DNA of 62,888 bases, the filler included, from Intoshia linei (Eukaryota; Animalia; Orthonectida): the NCBI GenBank assembly GCA_001642005.1. It is 5 parts of 5 records of this genome, joined end to end, with 100 filler letters (N's around TTAATTAATTAA, not from the genome) between each part and the next. Parts side by side here need not be neighbours in the genome. Positions count along the whole stretch, not along the records: positions 1 to 7,519 come from LWCA01001544.1; positions 7,620 to 15,890 come from LWCA01001468.1; 3 more parts are not named here. The stretch is one strand, 5' to 3'. The notes under the pieces were generated by a model that worked only from the letters and a program-made list of their open reading frames with translations, had not been told where the DNA came from and searched no databases. Both the position numbers and the translations under genes were made by a program. Each line of letters opens with the position of its first letter. Within the stretch, counting starts at the first letter, position 1. Positions 1 through 13,700 of this stretch are shown here, piece after piece.

Positions 1-187
1 AGGCTCACAATTGTATAAAGTCAATAAAATTAGCATTATCATCGAATTTTTAGTACTATAAAATGTCGACTCTAGTTATAATTAAAGCAATTTTTTAAAT
101 AACCTATAAAATGAAAAAAAATAACTGATTTTTAGTAACTTTAAAAATTTTTTTTTGTGTACAACTCTAATTTCAATCGATTAGTTT

Positions 188-1140
188 TCATTTTTTCCAA
201 GTATTTTTGATGTTTTTATGTCGTACCATTTGAAAATATGTACATATTTGATTCAAAGCATTGTCTAATCCAAGTTGGTTGACAGCCGCTTTAGCTCGAT
301 TTATTATTACAGCACTAAATAAGGCCTTAATTTTAGGGTTGTTTAGTTTAAAGAGTGGAATATCCGCAGATATAAATTCCTCCAAAATTTGGTCAGTAAA
401 ATCCTGAGACATTTTTAAAAATTTAGGTAGAAAAGGCGTATCGTTTGGCAAATCTATGTTTTTTTGTGTTTCTGTGAACTTTAATAAAGCGCATTTTTTC
501 ATAGGAAACAGTGCAATTGCAATTTATACAACAAAGTGAATTATCAGATCACTTGAATTCATTAGGATACATTCATTATGTTGTTGATTTTGAAATGATG
601 AGATTTTGTAGTTTTTGGCATGCTAAATGAATGTTACATCATTTCGTGATGATCAAAATTTTTCCTTTAAAAGTGAAAATTATAGAATGAAATAGAAGAG
701 TTTATTTTCAATTTCAAAAAAATGACTTTATTAACTTGATATAATTTTAATTAGCTAATTAACATATAAAAAATTTCTTGCCCTAGTTATAATTTATAAT
801 GTAAGAAATTTCAAATTGATACGGAGACTTGGTCATCTTCATCTTCATTATCATCTTCACCATTTCGCTAGTTGTTATTCTAATTATTGATATAAACATT
901 GTTGAACTAACTGGCATTTTAACTTATTTTATTTACGGTGATAATTCATAATTAATTATAATTACTGTTATTGTTAATTTAAAATAAATACTGTGAAAAT
1001 TTTTCAAAATTACTGTTAACTTTTTTAATATACTGTGAATTAAAGTTGGTTTACTGTTAATTTAAATTTATCTAAAATTTTTATAATTACGAGTGATTTG
1101 ATTAGTGCACTGCAGTCACCTTTTGACAATTTGCACCTAG
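188..1140 (-). mobile_element. Decayed hAT (CGGBP/hAT19-like) transposase fragment with subterminal TACTGT repeats
   Basis: ORF 188-502 contains FISADIPLFKLNNPKIKALF, resembling the (F)xxADIPLxKLxN motif of CGGBP-like hAT transposases; ~20-bp-period TACTGT motifs at ~930-1060. Confidence 0.55.
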
Positions 1141-2034
1141 TATACTAGTAATTTATACCAAATAAAAAATTCATTTCAGAAACAATACAATTTAAGTCAG
1201 ATTTTTCCCAGAAAAAAAGTAAGATTTCAGAAACTTACACCTTCATGGTCAAAAACTGGAATTTTCCTTTATTATAAAAATTAAAACGGTTAAACTTAAA
1301 AAAATATATTATACTAAAAATTTTAAAATCATGAACTTTTTCATAAATTTAAATTTCAAAAAGTTATACCTTCAGGGCCAAAACCCAAATTACCCTTTTT
1401 TGAAAAAATGATAATGATCCTAGAATTTAAAAAAATCTTTATCTCTTAGTAATCATTTCTCATCATTATTACAATAATGATAACAAACTAAATAAAGACA
1501 AACCAATTATATTGAATCTACATTTGTATAAAAATAAAACTAAAATATTTATTGATTTATAAAAACCTAGGAAATTTTGTAATATTTGCATTTCAATTTA
1601 AAATAGAAAATCTGAAATATGTATTAAAAATGGTATTTATTAAAAACATGTAAATAATAATATACAATTTGATAACACTTTGATATTAAACAAATTATAT
1701 TTTAGTATTATGTTCGTTACTAAAACGTAACGTACAAATGTTTATATAAATATTTGGAAATGTTCTTTTGTTAATCTAGAACCTAGATTCTAGGTGATGA
1801 TTAGTATCACAGAATCATAAGTAGTACTTATTTTTTCAACAACATGTTTGTCTGTTAATATTTAAAAAATTTTGTATGTGATAGTTATTTGTGTACTTTA
1901 ATATAATGGTACTTTTGCGTGTTCAATCTGAAAAAAAATTTTTTTTTGTTAATACATACATAATATGATACGATGATTAATATAAAAATAAATGATATAA
2001 CTTAATATTATCTTAGAAATCACATCTTAATGAT

Positions 2035-5000
2035 ATGATGGAAGGTAACTCGGAATTATCAAGACTACTCAAAATTGTAAAAAATTCTAAAAATTTAAAA
2101 TCTAACAATAAAACTAATATACCCATTAACGAATTACAAAACCCTGAAGACGATAAAACAGTAATATCCAATATTGCAAGTAATTATTTTGAGACAGAAT
2201 TTGATCTTTCAAAAGAAATTGATAAATTTTTGAATCTGAAGTCGGTAGTTGAAATGAATGACCGTAGACAAGAACTAAACAATGAATTATCAGCATTATT
2301 GAGAAATTCATATATTATTGTATTGAGGAATCATAAAATGTACAAAGAAAAATTGGAAAGTATTATGAAAATCATAGACGACATAGATGAAATATTTATA
2401 ATTAATCAATGCGCCATTATAAACAATAAACATGGCATAAACGAATTTACAATAAAAGCACTTACATTATTGGGTAGTGTTAGTAAAATGCGTCAATATA
2501 GAATTTTACACAAGGTTAGATATAATATACAGTAGTCCAGTGTTTTTCAACCGAGGGTTCGCGAGAATTTGAAAATTTTATGAATATATTTTTTAGGTTC
2601 ATTAGGGTTTGCGAACACAAAAAGGTTGAAAACCACTGCAATAGTCGTTGATGTAAACCACACTTTTCTCAATATGTATGATTGATATTTTATTTTTTAA
2701 ACCTTAGTTGTCCTGGTACAACAACATTTTCACCAAAAAGTATGGCATTAATGTTCGCGTATTTTCCGATGTCATTGAAAATTCTCTTACTTTTTTTTAT
2801 GAGTCAACCTCAAACTGCAAATAATTAAACATTTTTTTTTAATTTCTAGCATAAGTTATTATAATTTTGAAATGTTTTGTCTTTTTTTTGATTAATAGGA
2901 TGATGTGCAGTACGTTTTTTTCTATTTAACCTTAGTTCCTTTGATCTGTAACAGTATAATGTTTTCTTCTAATTTTTTAGTATCTTTAATTTTTAGTAAT
3001 CTAGTAATTTTAAATTGATTTATTAATATTATTAATAAATGTACAATGTACATTGTATATATTAATTGTATATGTATATATTATTTAAAGAATAATGAAG
3101 GTTGATGACTAATACATTAAAAAAATTATTAATTATGTCTACTGAAAAGTATTATAATCATGAGGTGTGTTTTATTTCATCGACTATGCTATTTTATTTA
3201 ATTGGATTTAGAGACTCAGCATGTTAAAAACTTTACGTTTTTCGGAACAACGAATATCTTACTTATTAGAAGATGAGGACTATGCTAATGCATTAATGCT
3301 ATTGGATAAATTTAAATCAGCAGTTCGAAACCACTCTAAATTTAATTGTGTTCAACAATTTGAATCAACAATTGCATCAAAATTAGAAGGAATAAAAACT
3401 AGTATAGATTTCGGTATTGTTCAATGTTGTGAAAATTTTAACAGTGCCATTTATTCTAATTTGCAAAAGTCTTTTAAAATTTTGAACAAGGCTGACGATT
3501 TAATCGAAACAGTTATACATTTTATCATGCGATTTATAGAAGACAGGTCGAAGCAAATACTTATCGGATATGTGCAATTAGTTACGTCCAAAAAGTGTTA
3601 CGAAAAAAATGCGGAATCACTGATTTTTCTAAAAACACAAAATTTTGAATATATTTGTACTCTTATTACGAAAGATATATTCTCTTCTTGTTTTATACAC
3701 CTATGCAAAGCTATGAAATCCATATTGATGAATTACCAATTATTACTGGTATGGCACCACGAAGAGTATGAGAATAGCGAAACTATAAAAAAGGTAATGG
3801 ATGGTAGAATCGAACTATGGCAATCGATGCAAAGTAAAATAGAAAACTATCTAAGATTATGCAATTTTCAATATGTATCTTTCGATAATTTTCAAGGTAT
3901 GATATCTGCTGTAGATGATTATATAACTCTTGGAACAGAATATGGTCTGAAAATAAATAACGATTTGAATAATGCGGTTAAAGCTCAATCTTTGAAATTT
4001 ATCGATCTGCATCATCAAAATGAAATATTGTCTTTATTAGCATTGATGTCTGATGAATCATGGAAAGCATGCCCAGTCAATAATGATTTCAACATGTACC
4101 AATTGACAGAATTTGGGTTTCTCAAAAATAAAAACGATGAAACCAACAATATTCCTGAAATTAATCAAAAAGAATCTCTAGATACGAAATTATACAAATT
4201 GATAAATATGAAAGTTACACCACGTACAGGAGTTGCCATCATAGCAAATAGTACCTTGTTATTATTCAGACTATTTGGAAAATACCTTAATTTAATGAAG
4301 TATTTCAATGACATATCATTTAGTATCATAAAATGTATATTTCAGTTGTTCGAAGTATATTTCTATTTTATATACTGCAAATTTGTATCCAATAATGTGC
4401 ACCATTTTGTAATATTGCCTGACAACTTTCGCAATTCCATCAAACGAATAAACGAGGAAACTCAGTCTAGTGGTTTCAAAATAAATGAATATCTAAAGGA
4501 TGCATTAAATGCTAATGATGTAACTTCTAATTCGTCAAATCTTTATGGTTTGGGTGAAAGGATTGTAGCATGCGAATCAATGTAAATTAATTGAAATAAT
4601 ATAATATTCATATTTTTAGTATAATTTAATACATTATTTAGAATATTTGCATCGGACCAATTATTGAGTTTGAATGGATTTATACAAAATTTCTTTGTTG
4701 AATCTAAGTGTGAAGAAATGTACGAGTATCTACAGGTTATCAGAATTTTATGTATTTGATAATAGTGTAGATGATTGACAATGTGGAGTTTACCAGAATC
4801 CCCATGTATGCCTTTGTAGCTATGTCAGCCTTTCCTTCGAATAATACGTTAAATGAAATTCGCAGTATCAATTGGAATAATATATTAGAATTACCCAGTG
4901 CTGCGAATAATTATACCAATGATATAATTTATGTATAATTATTTGATTTATATTACAAATACCTTGAAACCTAGATGACTGACGCATTTTTAACACGAAT

Positions 5001-5775
5001 CGATAGTTTATCATTATCAGTAGTATGTGTAACAGAACAAGTGAAAAGAATATTATCTCGCTACCATTATTTATGTATTTCTTCTTGCCTCATAAATGGG
5101 TAATTAAAATTTACATATAACAGATTCATCAATACAATACGACTGTATAATATACAGTATGATACATACATATAATATATGTAGTATATTGATGAACATG
5201 ATTTTATTATTTTCTTTTAAAATATTAATTATGAACCAGTAATTAGACAGATGATAATTATATTAATTAATGTTCATAGCATACTAAATCATATTTTTTA
5301 GATATACCAGCATTAAAAAGTGTACACAGGAAGGACGTGCTTTAATGCTGTTAGATATTCAAGTATTATTGCAAAAATTTTCTGAAAAATCATACAATTT
5401 GTAAGCATATTACATACAATATATTGTAATTAATAATATTAATTTATAATGATAATAATTATTATCAATCTATGTAGCGAAACAACCTACTTAGAAAATG
5501 TAATGAAATCTATCAAAGCATATTATATACCGGAAAAAGAAATGAAAACGTGGATTCAAGACAACAAAAATAACTTCTCACAAAACCAATTAATTTGCAT
5601 TGTTTCTTATTCGCCTTTAATAGACAAGAAAGCCAGGACAATGCTTCTACTTGAAATAGACAATTTGTATCAATCCTCAAAACCTTCTCAAGCTATATCC
5701 ATACGAACTATTCTAGAAACTATAAACCAAGATGGCGATAGTATAAAATCAAATACATCAATACATTCAAAATAA
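2035..5775 (+). CDS. VPS50: Syndetin / EARP complex subunit VPS50 (multi-exon)
   Basis: Exon 2035-2514 splices in frame (GT at 2515, AG at 3210-3211) to the exon from 3212; motifs NLYGLGERIVACES and KKCTQEGRALMLLDIQ, then IKAYYIPE. Confidence 0.85.
2538..2638. mobile_element. 101-bp hAT-type MITE in VPS50 intron 1
   Basis: TIR CAGTGTTTTTCAACC...GGTTGAAAACCACTG; 8-bp TSD cagtagtc/caatagtc. Confidence 0.85.
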
Positions 5776-5808
5776 ACCAAATAATTTATTGTAATAAAAT
5801 TTCCACAT

Positions 5809-6295
5809 CTACACCAATTTTTTAGCTTCAAAAAAAACTTTTAAATGGCGAATTTGCCAAAAACCAATAATTATTAACAATAAAAATTGAGCTGCTGCCC
5901 ACCATAAAACGCGAACGTTGGTACTTTCACTAATTTCACGGAAAATAGATTCTCTGTGCTAAAAATATAAAAGTGAGGAAGGAATATAAATATATACTCT
6001 TTGATAAGCCAACTCTCTGGTAATTTGATCGGCTTGATCAGTCAACTGTCTTATTCTCAATTCAATATCATTTAGATTATCAGAATTAACAACTTGTTCG
6101 TAATCTATGGCATGGTCTCCAACTAGTATATCCAAATGCACTTTCTAGATATATATATTAACAAAAAAAATAAAATAAATTTACCAATTGTTCATTAGAG
6201 TACCACTCAGAATCTTTATGAATTGCGGATATATATATGACATGTTCTCCATTGGTTTCAGTTGTAAAAGCGAATTTGCCCTTGGATGTGTACGT
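5809..6295 (-). CDS. TMED9: p24-alpha family cargo receptor (TMED9/TMED4-like), 3' three exons; 5' exons not found
   Basis: Spliced reading [13 protein letters not shown]...[14 protein letters not shown]...[11 protein letters not shown]...[16 protein letters not shown], with the FF and KKxx tail. Confidence 0.85.
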
Positions 6296-6359
6296 CTATA
6301 ATAATAATTCTTAAAGTATGACTTGATGTAATAAAAATAATTAATCAAATTTTATTTTA

Positions 6360-6600
6360 CAAAAAAAACAAATTACACAGTGAATAATACAATGCGCGCA
6401 ATAAACATAGGTCCAACCGATTTATATTATTTTTTGGTCTATTAACATTAATTTTCATGAATATTTCATCTCTATTAAAAAATACGATTGTTGATACCAT
6501 TATTTTTCTTCTGTCACTTTTATATGTAAAGTTATCACAGAAATCGCTAATTAGCCGCGCAATAAACATGAGACACCTCAAATTAAAATAATGTATTTAA
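6360..6600. repeat. Dispersed repeat, second copy at ~23610-23850
   Basis: Shared aataaacataggtccaa(c/t)cgatttata...ggtctattaacattaattt...gttgataccatta; the ORFs 6357-6581 and 23373-23741 share NRDEIFMxINVNRPKN. Confidence 0.75.
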
Positions 6601-7480
6601 AATTTAATAATGTGTCTTTTCTCCTTTATTGATCACAACTTCAATGCATCTATCCTTCATTGTCAATACTAACTTTTCAATAACATCTTTATGAATATTT
6701 TCCCATTTTGTCAATATTATCTGCGTCAGCTGATCCTTATTTTTAAATTGCCTGCCATTTTTGTATACGGACCTTGCAGAATTCCCCCTAAGTTTTCTAT
6801 TAAGTTAAAGTCAGGAGACTTCGATGACCAGTTCATTACATTAACAGAATGTTCTTCAAACCATGTTTTGACCTTACCAGAAGTGTGGATTGGAGCATTA
6901 TCTTGTTGAAAAATGTAATTTGTACCATAATGAAAGTGAGTAAATGGAAGTAAAAATTCAGATAAAATAAAAATATAATCCCCAGAGTTCTGATTTCCAT
7001 TCAGAATCGCCCATTTGGATTTGCCGTTCTGTGAAAATGCTCCCAGACCATTACCGATCCACCTCCACTTTGCCGCGTAAAGTAGACTTCTTTTTCCTTT
7101 CGTAGATTATGCAAATAAAACTAGAATCCATCACGACCGTCCAAATTGAATTTTTTTCATCCGAGAATATCGCAAAATTCCAATTTGGACCCAAATGCAC
7201 GTATTTTCTAGCAAAAAAAATCCTATTTTCTTTATGAGCTTTTGAAAGGACCGGAGCATGATGTCGTTTACTCCATTGAAAGTGGGAACCATTACTTATC
7301 ACCTGTTAAACCGTACGGAGCTTCACGTCTAATTCTAAATTTTGCATGATGTCTCTGGCTGTATATTTACCGCTTGAAGCCTCACGTATAATATAAGACT
7401 CCATTCTTAAAGTAAGTACCTGGACTTTTTGAATTTCCATATGACTCAAAATCAGTTAAAAGTTAACCTCTGCCCATTGC
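6600..7480 (-). mobile_element. Tc1/Tc3-like transposase pseudogene (frameshifted)
   Basis: Across frames: AIFSDEK, RQSGGGSVMVWGAFS, IFQQDNAPIHTS, WSSKSPDFNLIEN. Confidence 0.85.
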
Positions 7481-7519
7481 TAAAATATACATAAATAAAT
7501 AAATTATATATTATTGAGA

Positions 7520-7619
7520 NNNNNNNNNNNNNNNNNNNNNNNNNNNNNNNNNNNNNNNNNNNNTTAATTAATTAANNNNNNNNNNNNNNNNNNNNNNNNN
7601 NNNNNNNNNNNNNNNNNNN
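7520..7619. other. Assembly gap with artificial linker (also 15891-15990, 35475-35574, 56942-57041)
   Basis: Same 100-bp structure four times: N run, TTAATTAATTAA, N run. Confidence 0.95.
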
Positions 7620-8172
7620 ATTAGATAATTGATTGGATGCAAGAAAACGGTATACAATTAATGAATTGGCCCCAAACAGCCCTGATCTTAACATCATAGA
7701 ACACGTATGGCCCAGGCTCAAGGCAAGAATAAACGAAATATGCCAAAAAGTAAATACAGTAGCTGAACTTAGCGATATTATAACAAGGGAATGGTCAATC
7801 ATTGTAACTCCACATTTTATAAAAAAATTATATTTAAGTAAGCCGAATCGTATCAAGGCTTGCCATTTGTCAAAGGGAAATCATACAAATTACTAATTAT
7901 TTGATAATAAACGTTTTAGACTATGTTTTGATGGGTGTTGAAATACTTATGAATCGATTGTTAAACATTTTTCAACATTTAATTCTAAATTTACATGAAA
8001 TTTTTAAATAACTTAATCAATTATTCAACTCTACATCATTGCAATCGCGGTTTCATTTTATTAATATTCGAAAACTATTTACATTTACATTAATTTAGTT
8101 AGATTTTATTAAATTATATATGAATTTAGAATGAAAACTTTTTAGTGTTGACGTAATTATAAAACTCACTGT
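7620..8172 (+). mobile_element. 3' end of a second Tc1-family element
   Basis: APNSPDLNIIEHVW...GNHTNY C-terminus; end ...AAACTCACTG followed by TA. Confidence 0.8.
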
Positions 8173-8485
8173 ATATAAAATTGACTGTCTGTGTTATCGT
8201 TTAATTTAAAAAAAATTAAACGTCCTAGAATTTAAAAAACCAAACTTTAAAATTATTTTTTGATAGTAACGTTTTATCGCAAATATAATTCTCATAAATT
8301 TAGACCTTCAGGGTCAAAAACCTAAATTATCATTTTTTTATAATAAAATACTACCTTTAACTTGCATTCACAATTTTGGTCGTTTAATTTAAAAAATTCA
8401 GTATAATTAGTGTAAATACGACAAAAGGTAGATAAAAACTAAAAAATTAAATAAATAATAAAAATCACGTCATTACTTCATAAAT

Positions 8486-9800
8486 TAAAGAATCATTGCC
8501 ATTGAGTTTGGAATATAATTTAACAAAATGAGTACAGAATATATTCCACATGCAGTCTAAACTAGATGTGTAATTAAGATAATAATATTTTATATCAGAT
8601 CAAAAGTATATAGATCCACACCCCAGGGTCGTGGAGAGGGAGCTGGGACCATATGACCGGTCAACTATTCTAAATGGATACGTAATGTTAGAAAAAATTT
8701 TTTAATCGAACAGGGCAACATTGAAAAAAAGTTATAATAATATATATATAATTATAATACAGTAATAATAAGTTTGGCAACCGCTAAACAACGGATAGGA
8801 AAACCCAACATTTTGTTTAATTTGCATATATGGGGCTACAATTTTATTATGGTCCAATGATATCCATTAATTATTCCTACTACGCATTATGGATTCGGAA
8901 TTTAAATGTATAATAGATAAAAACATCCTACACTTCTCGGTACATAAATATTTGAACAAATCTTCATTTTCAATAATGCAATTGACCAACAAGATAAATT
9001 TTTTTGTAATTTCCAAACATTCAACATCAAATTGAGTTAACATTTCTCTATAAATATTTAATATCTCCTTCAGTCTAAAATAAAGTGTAAAATACTATAA
9101 CGTAAATTTGATATAAAGAACATGTGGACAAAGTAAGAGCCATAAACAATTAATCAATGGTTTTAAATATTATTACGTGTTAAACTTTTCATCTAAAACA
9201 GATACCCAAAAAACTTGCAAAATAAAAACATAATATTATAAATCCTGTTATAAATAATAACTACAAATTAATTTCGTCAACTGATATTAAAGTTTTTTAT
9301 GGATAATGTATTATAAATCAAAATAAATAAATACAATATAGAATAACTTTCACAGTAAGCCATTTTGATAGAAATGCAATTAAGTAATTGTAACAAAAAA
9401 ATGGTTCTTTTGGTATGCTAAAAAATTAATATACATAAATGTATAACAAAAACCTTTCTAGAAACTCTTAAAATTTCATTAAAAGTAGAAATATCAAAAA
9501 AGCTATCAACATCAACACAATAGTCCAACGCAATTAATATGTTGTCAATAAAACTATTGTAACAGTCTTGTGATAGCGGGTAATATAATATTTCATCGTC
9601 AGTTAAATTATCATGGACAATGTCGATATAATGCATAATACAATATATCAAATTTGAATTTTCCTTGTTTTGTTTAAACTCAGAAACTCTAAATAAAAAC
9701 AATTAATTTATTCAGTGTTTTTAATCACATTTTTTCACCCGATCATTCGATAACAGGTCAACAGAAGAATAAAACTATCAATTAAAAATAAATTGTCGAT
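8486..9800 (-). CDS. Probable multi-exon orphan gene
   Basis: Series of short open segments bounded by GT/AG, including ORF 9418-9702 and LKEILNIYREMLTQFDVECLEITKK; no family recognised. Confidence 0.4.
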
Positions 9801-10328
9801 CCATAAACCATAATACTGTAAAATGTCATTAAAAGGAATACAAAACCAAAATAATTAGCAATCCTTTAAACTTTAAAAATTTAAACAAATCATGACATAG
9901 TAATTGCAATGTTTACTAAGAGTCTGCACCTAGGTTAGAAATACGATTTAAAGTTAGTGCCTTGGACAGTATTGTAGAAGTTTAATTGCATGAATTACAA
10001 CTGGGTAGTATCAACCTATTTCATAATATCCGTGTGATACGCTACAACGAGTGTTGACAGTGTCAACTTGACACTTTGTAATTTGTAATATTGTAATTTT
10101 TAAACTACATAAAAAAAATTTAATTAATTTTTTCATCCAACCATTCGTCAATAAAAGGATTCAATTTATATTTTTTCATTTTTCAATTAATTGCAAAAAA
10201 ATCGATGAATTGAAAAATTAATAAATAGCAAACAATAATTGGTTTATACATAATAATTAATTGCAATCAATTATTTCCAATCCCTGGTATGGACCGTTTC
10301 ACTTTTTTTATTGGTTATGCACTCCTAT

Positions 10329-11147
10329 CGTAAAATCAACTTAAATATTAATTAATTTGTCAGTATTTAATTAAAATACTGACATTTTTTAATAAAAAAT
10401 GTTCTGTATTTTCAACATAAAATTGTCAGTATACACATTAAAATATCAGTAATAAAAAGTATTTTGTCAGTATTCAATTACATATTTGTCAGTTTTTAAT
10501 TGCTTTCTTGTCCGTACATAATTGCATTTTTGTCAGTAAATATATTAACTAAATCAGTATTCATCAAAAATTGTAAGTAACTCAACAAAAAAGTATATAG
10601 AAATAAACACATTTTATAAAATAATATTTTCTCAGTAAAAAAATAGAATTGTAAGTTTGATGATTTTATAGTGTCAGTATAAAAATTAAAAATTTAGTTT
10701 TTGAAAATTGAATGTAATTATGTCAATCCCTTTAATCTTTTTTATATCTCTCTTGTCTTTATTATTATCCTTGTGAGGTTAATCATTAGGTTAATCTTAA
10801 GAAATACTTTATATAATAATATCATCCACTACCGACCCAAGTTAAAACTGAAATATTAAGATACCATATTACAAAAAAATTAAAAATATTCTATGGTGTT
10901 CACACCAGAGAATATTTTTTTATGAGAACAAATTGTTAATTAATTAATTGTGTCAGTATTGTAGGTGGTTTGTCAGTATTTTAGGTGCCTTTACTGACAA
11001 AATAATTTTTTTTACTGCCCTTCCAATTTAAATACTGACACCTTATCAATTGGTATCTAAAATACTGACAAACCATCTACAATACTAAATAAATCAATGT
11101 TTCTACTGACAAATCAATCAGAAAAATACCGACACCATAAATTCACG
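10329..11147. repeat. Non-autonomous element with arrays of TGTCAGTA / TACTGACA motifs in converging orientation
   Basis: More than ten TGTCAGTA-like motifs, often ~21-22 bp apart, mostly on the left; the reverse complement TACTGACA is repeated at ~10990-11135. Confidence 0.6.
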
Positions 11148-11292
11148 CCTAATTAAAATAAATACATGCACAAAACATTTAAATTTTGGTAGGGCGCATC
11201 GGTTCAGAAACACTGAAATGTAAAATAGTTAATAAATAGTTAAAAATAAAAAACTGTATACTTTTTGAATAACAAAAAATGGTCATAAAATC

Positions 11293-13567
11293 TTAATTTT
11301 TACAACATTGAGAGCGCCTGGTGCATTTGAATAATAATTTAGAAGAATAATTAAAAATTTGAAAAAAAATTAAATTAAATTTTAAAATAAACCCAATTTT
11401 CTTTATTGATTCAAGATTGAAATGCTTGCGCATAAAATGACAAAAACAGCATAATTTATGACGACATGAATAAAAAAATTTTGAAAAATCTAAAATATAA
11501 AAAATAAAAGAGTTAAAACAAAAAATTACACAAATTTTCATCAAAGTGAAAAAATAAAGAAACATTTTTAAATTTATCAACACTTTCTTGATCAAAATCA
11601 TTACAAGATTTGCGCTTGATTTTCCTATCATTTAAGCCAACTTTCGCATAAAAAGACTTGTTTGACGGAAAATCACAAATATTCTAAAATTTACTATTCA
11701 TTACAGGTCAATGTACCATTCCAATGTATATACTTAGTAAACGATATTTTATTTATTTTAACTTATTGTATCTAATAGTTAAAGGCTTTCACTGAAAATC
11801 ACTTTTTCTCTAGTTGACATTTGATATATTGTCAGATACATCGTACCTACCAAGCTTCAGGTCACCCGCAAATGAAAATTGGCCTCTAAATAATTTCGCA
11901 AGCGACGCGTAGCCCTATGCGAGGCCGCAAAGAGGGATATCTGGTATGATAGGTTCGACACTGCATGCAGGTCCGTGTAGAATCAACAGTGAACCCAATC
12001 ACAAGAAAATTATAGGCCTTCCTCCATACACATTGCAAAAAATTGGTTCTACTATGCATTGTTTAATCCAGCAATATAAAAACTTTTTTCAGCATTAATT
12101 TGCAGGAGTAATAAAATTTCACCCCATTACACGAAATTTTCTAATCCAAAATCCAATTTTACCAAATCTTATGAAAAAAAACATTATTCCAACTCCACAA
12201 TAAAATTTCAATTTTCCCCACGCTTAAGGTAAAAATCCCCTTTTTCCAATATTTTTTTGAAAAACACGATTTTACAAAATCTTATGATAAAAACCTCTTA
12301 TTTCAACACAAAATAAAAAATCAAATTTTATAAATCCTTAAGTGAATTTTTGTAAAATAGGTTCTCATTTTTCAAAATTGCACATTAAAATAATTTATAT
12401 ATATAAGTAATTATAAAATTTATATTCGAATTATTATGTAATTGTTAGTGATGTAATATAAATTTTAACAAAATACTTTTTACTGAGTTTTTTTATAGTA
12501 CTTAAGTATTTACTGAGTTTTGAAAATTTACAAAGTACTTAGTTGTATTGTACTGAGTGAAAAAACTAAGTTAAACAGACTAGTCCGTACACTATTTGAA
12601 TCTGGAACCCCTGATCTATTTTAATCAACATTCTAAATTTATGCCACTTTAAGAACATCAATATTATTAGTGATGTAAAATGAGGTACATAAAAGGTAAA
12701 TCAAATCAATACATCAATTCGATTTCAAATTTAAAAAATTTTCATTTACCAATCATAATTATAATTAGATTAATATTGAAATGGTACTGTTAAATTTAAA
12801 TTTAAAAATTATACATTTTTTATTTTTTTTGGAATAGGTTGCTTATAATCATAATCTAAAAAGTTTAAATTATTAAATATTAAAGTTAAGTATTAAAATT
12901 TTCAAAATAAATTTACCGTCGTTGGATTTAAAACTTCGATCTTTTTCTCTTAATTGAATCAAATGAGATTTCAACTGTTGATTTTCAATTTGTAATTTTA
13001 TCAATTCCAAATTTTCAAAACTACGTTGCACGTTTGTTTGATTGCATTTCAAGTTATATTTATCTGAAATTTCATCAATTTCCTTTTTCCATATCCTTCT
13101 TTCTTTAGACAATTTTTCCTTTTCAGAATCCAGATTGGTTTGAGTCAATTTTAATGAATTTGTCAACATTGATATTCTACCCTCATTCCTCAAATAATGA
13201 TTTTTGTAAATCCCAATCTTAATTAATTAAATGATAAAATAAGCAATAATATATACAGGATAAACTATGGTGGAAACACTGACCAGTTTCAACGAAAACT
13301 ATAAAAAAATTAGTTATCCGCAAAATTCGGAATATACAGAGGCCTATCAGACCAAAAAATTTAAATTTTTTTTAATTAGCACCATGCAGATCAAAGTTTC
13401 ATATCACTAATTGATTAAAAATATTAAATAAATATTACGTTTTTATTCGCATTTTGGAGCTTTTGTTCTGTGCTAACGTTACATTCCTTAATGGTAAATT
13501 GATCACTTTTTGATTTTAATCGTTCTAAATGTTGGTTTCTTTATTTTAGACAAAATTTACCATTCAT
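11293..13567 (-). CDS. Orphan coiled-coil protein (multi-exon)
   Basis: Phase-consistent splice MN|ERLKSK...ANKN|IGIYKNHYLRNE...KSND|DYDYKQP...KN|NICDFPS; heptad-rich middle; 3' end uncertain. Confidence 0.55.
11838..11963. mobile_element. MITE of the CAGTGCCGAACCTACC family
   Basis: Ends match the copy at 30241-30507 and partial copies at ~34639 and ~50195. Confidence 0.65.
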
Positions 13568-13700
13568 TTTGAAAAGTATAACATTAGATAATTAATAAAT
13601 TTAAATTTATATTAAATACGAGTTTGATAATTACATAAATTAACTACAAGATAACTTTACCTATTCAATACAATTGTATTTTTAAATTTATATTCAAAAT

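Noticed and set aside
7564-7575. Recurrent TTAATTAATTAA palindrome
   Set aside because: Always centred in N runs; an assembly spacer
10329-11147. CRISPR-like periodic repeat
   Set aside because: The core is only 8 bp, spacers are short, orientation flips, the context is eukaryotic and there are no cas genes
11838-12005. GC-rich island resembling a structured ncRNA or ribozyme
   Set aside because: Its ends match the MITE family at 30241-30507, ~34639 and ~50195; no RNase P, SRP or hammerhead consensus seen
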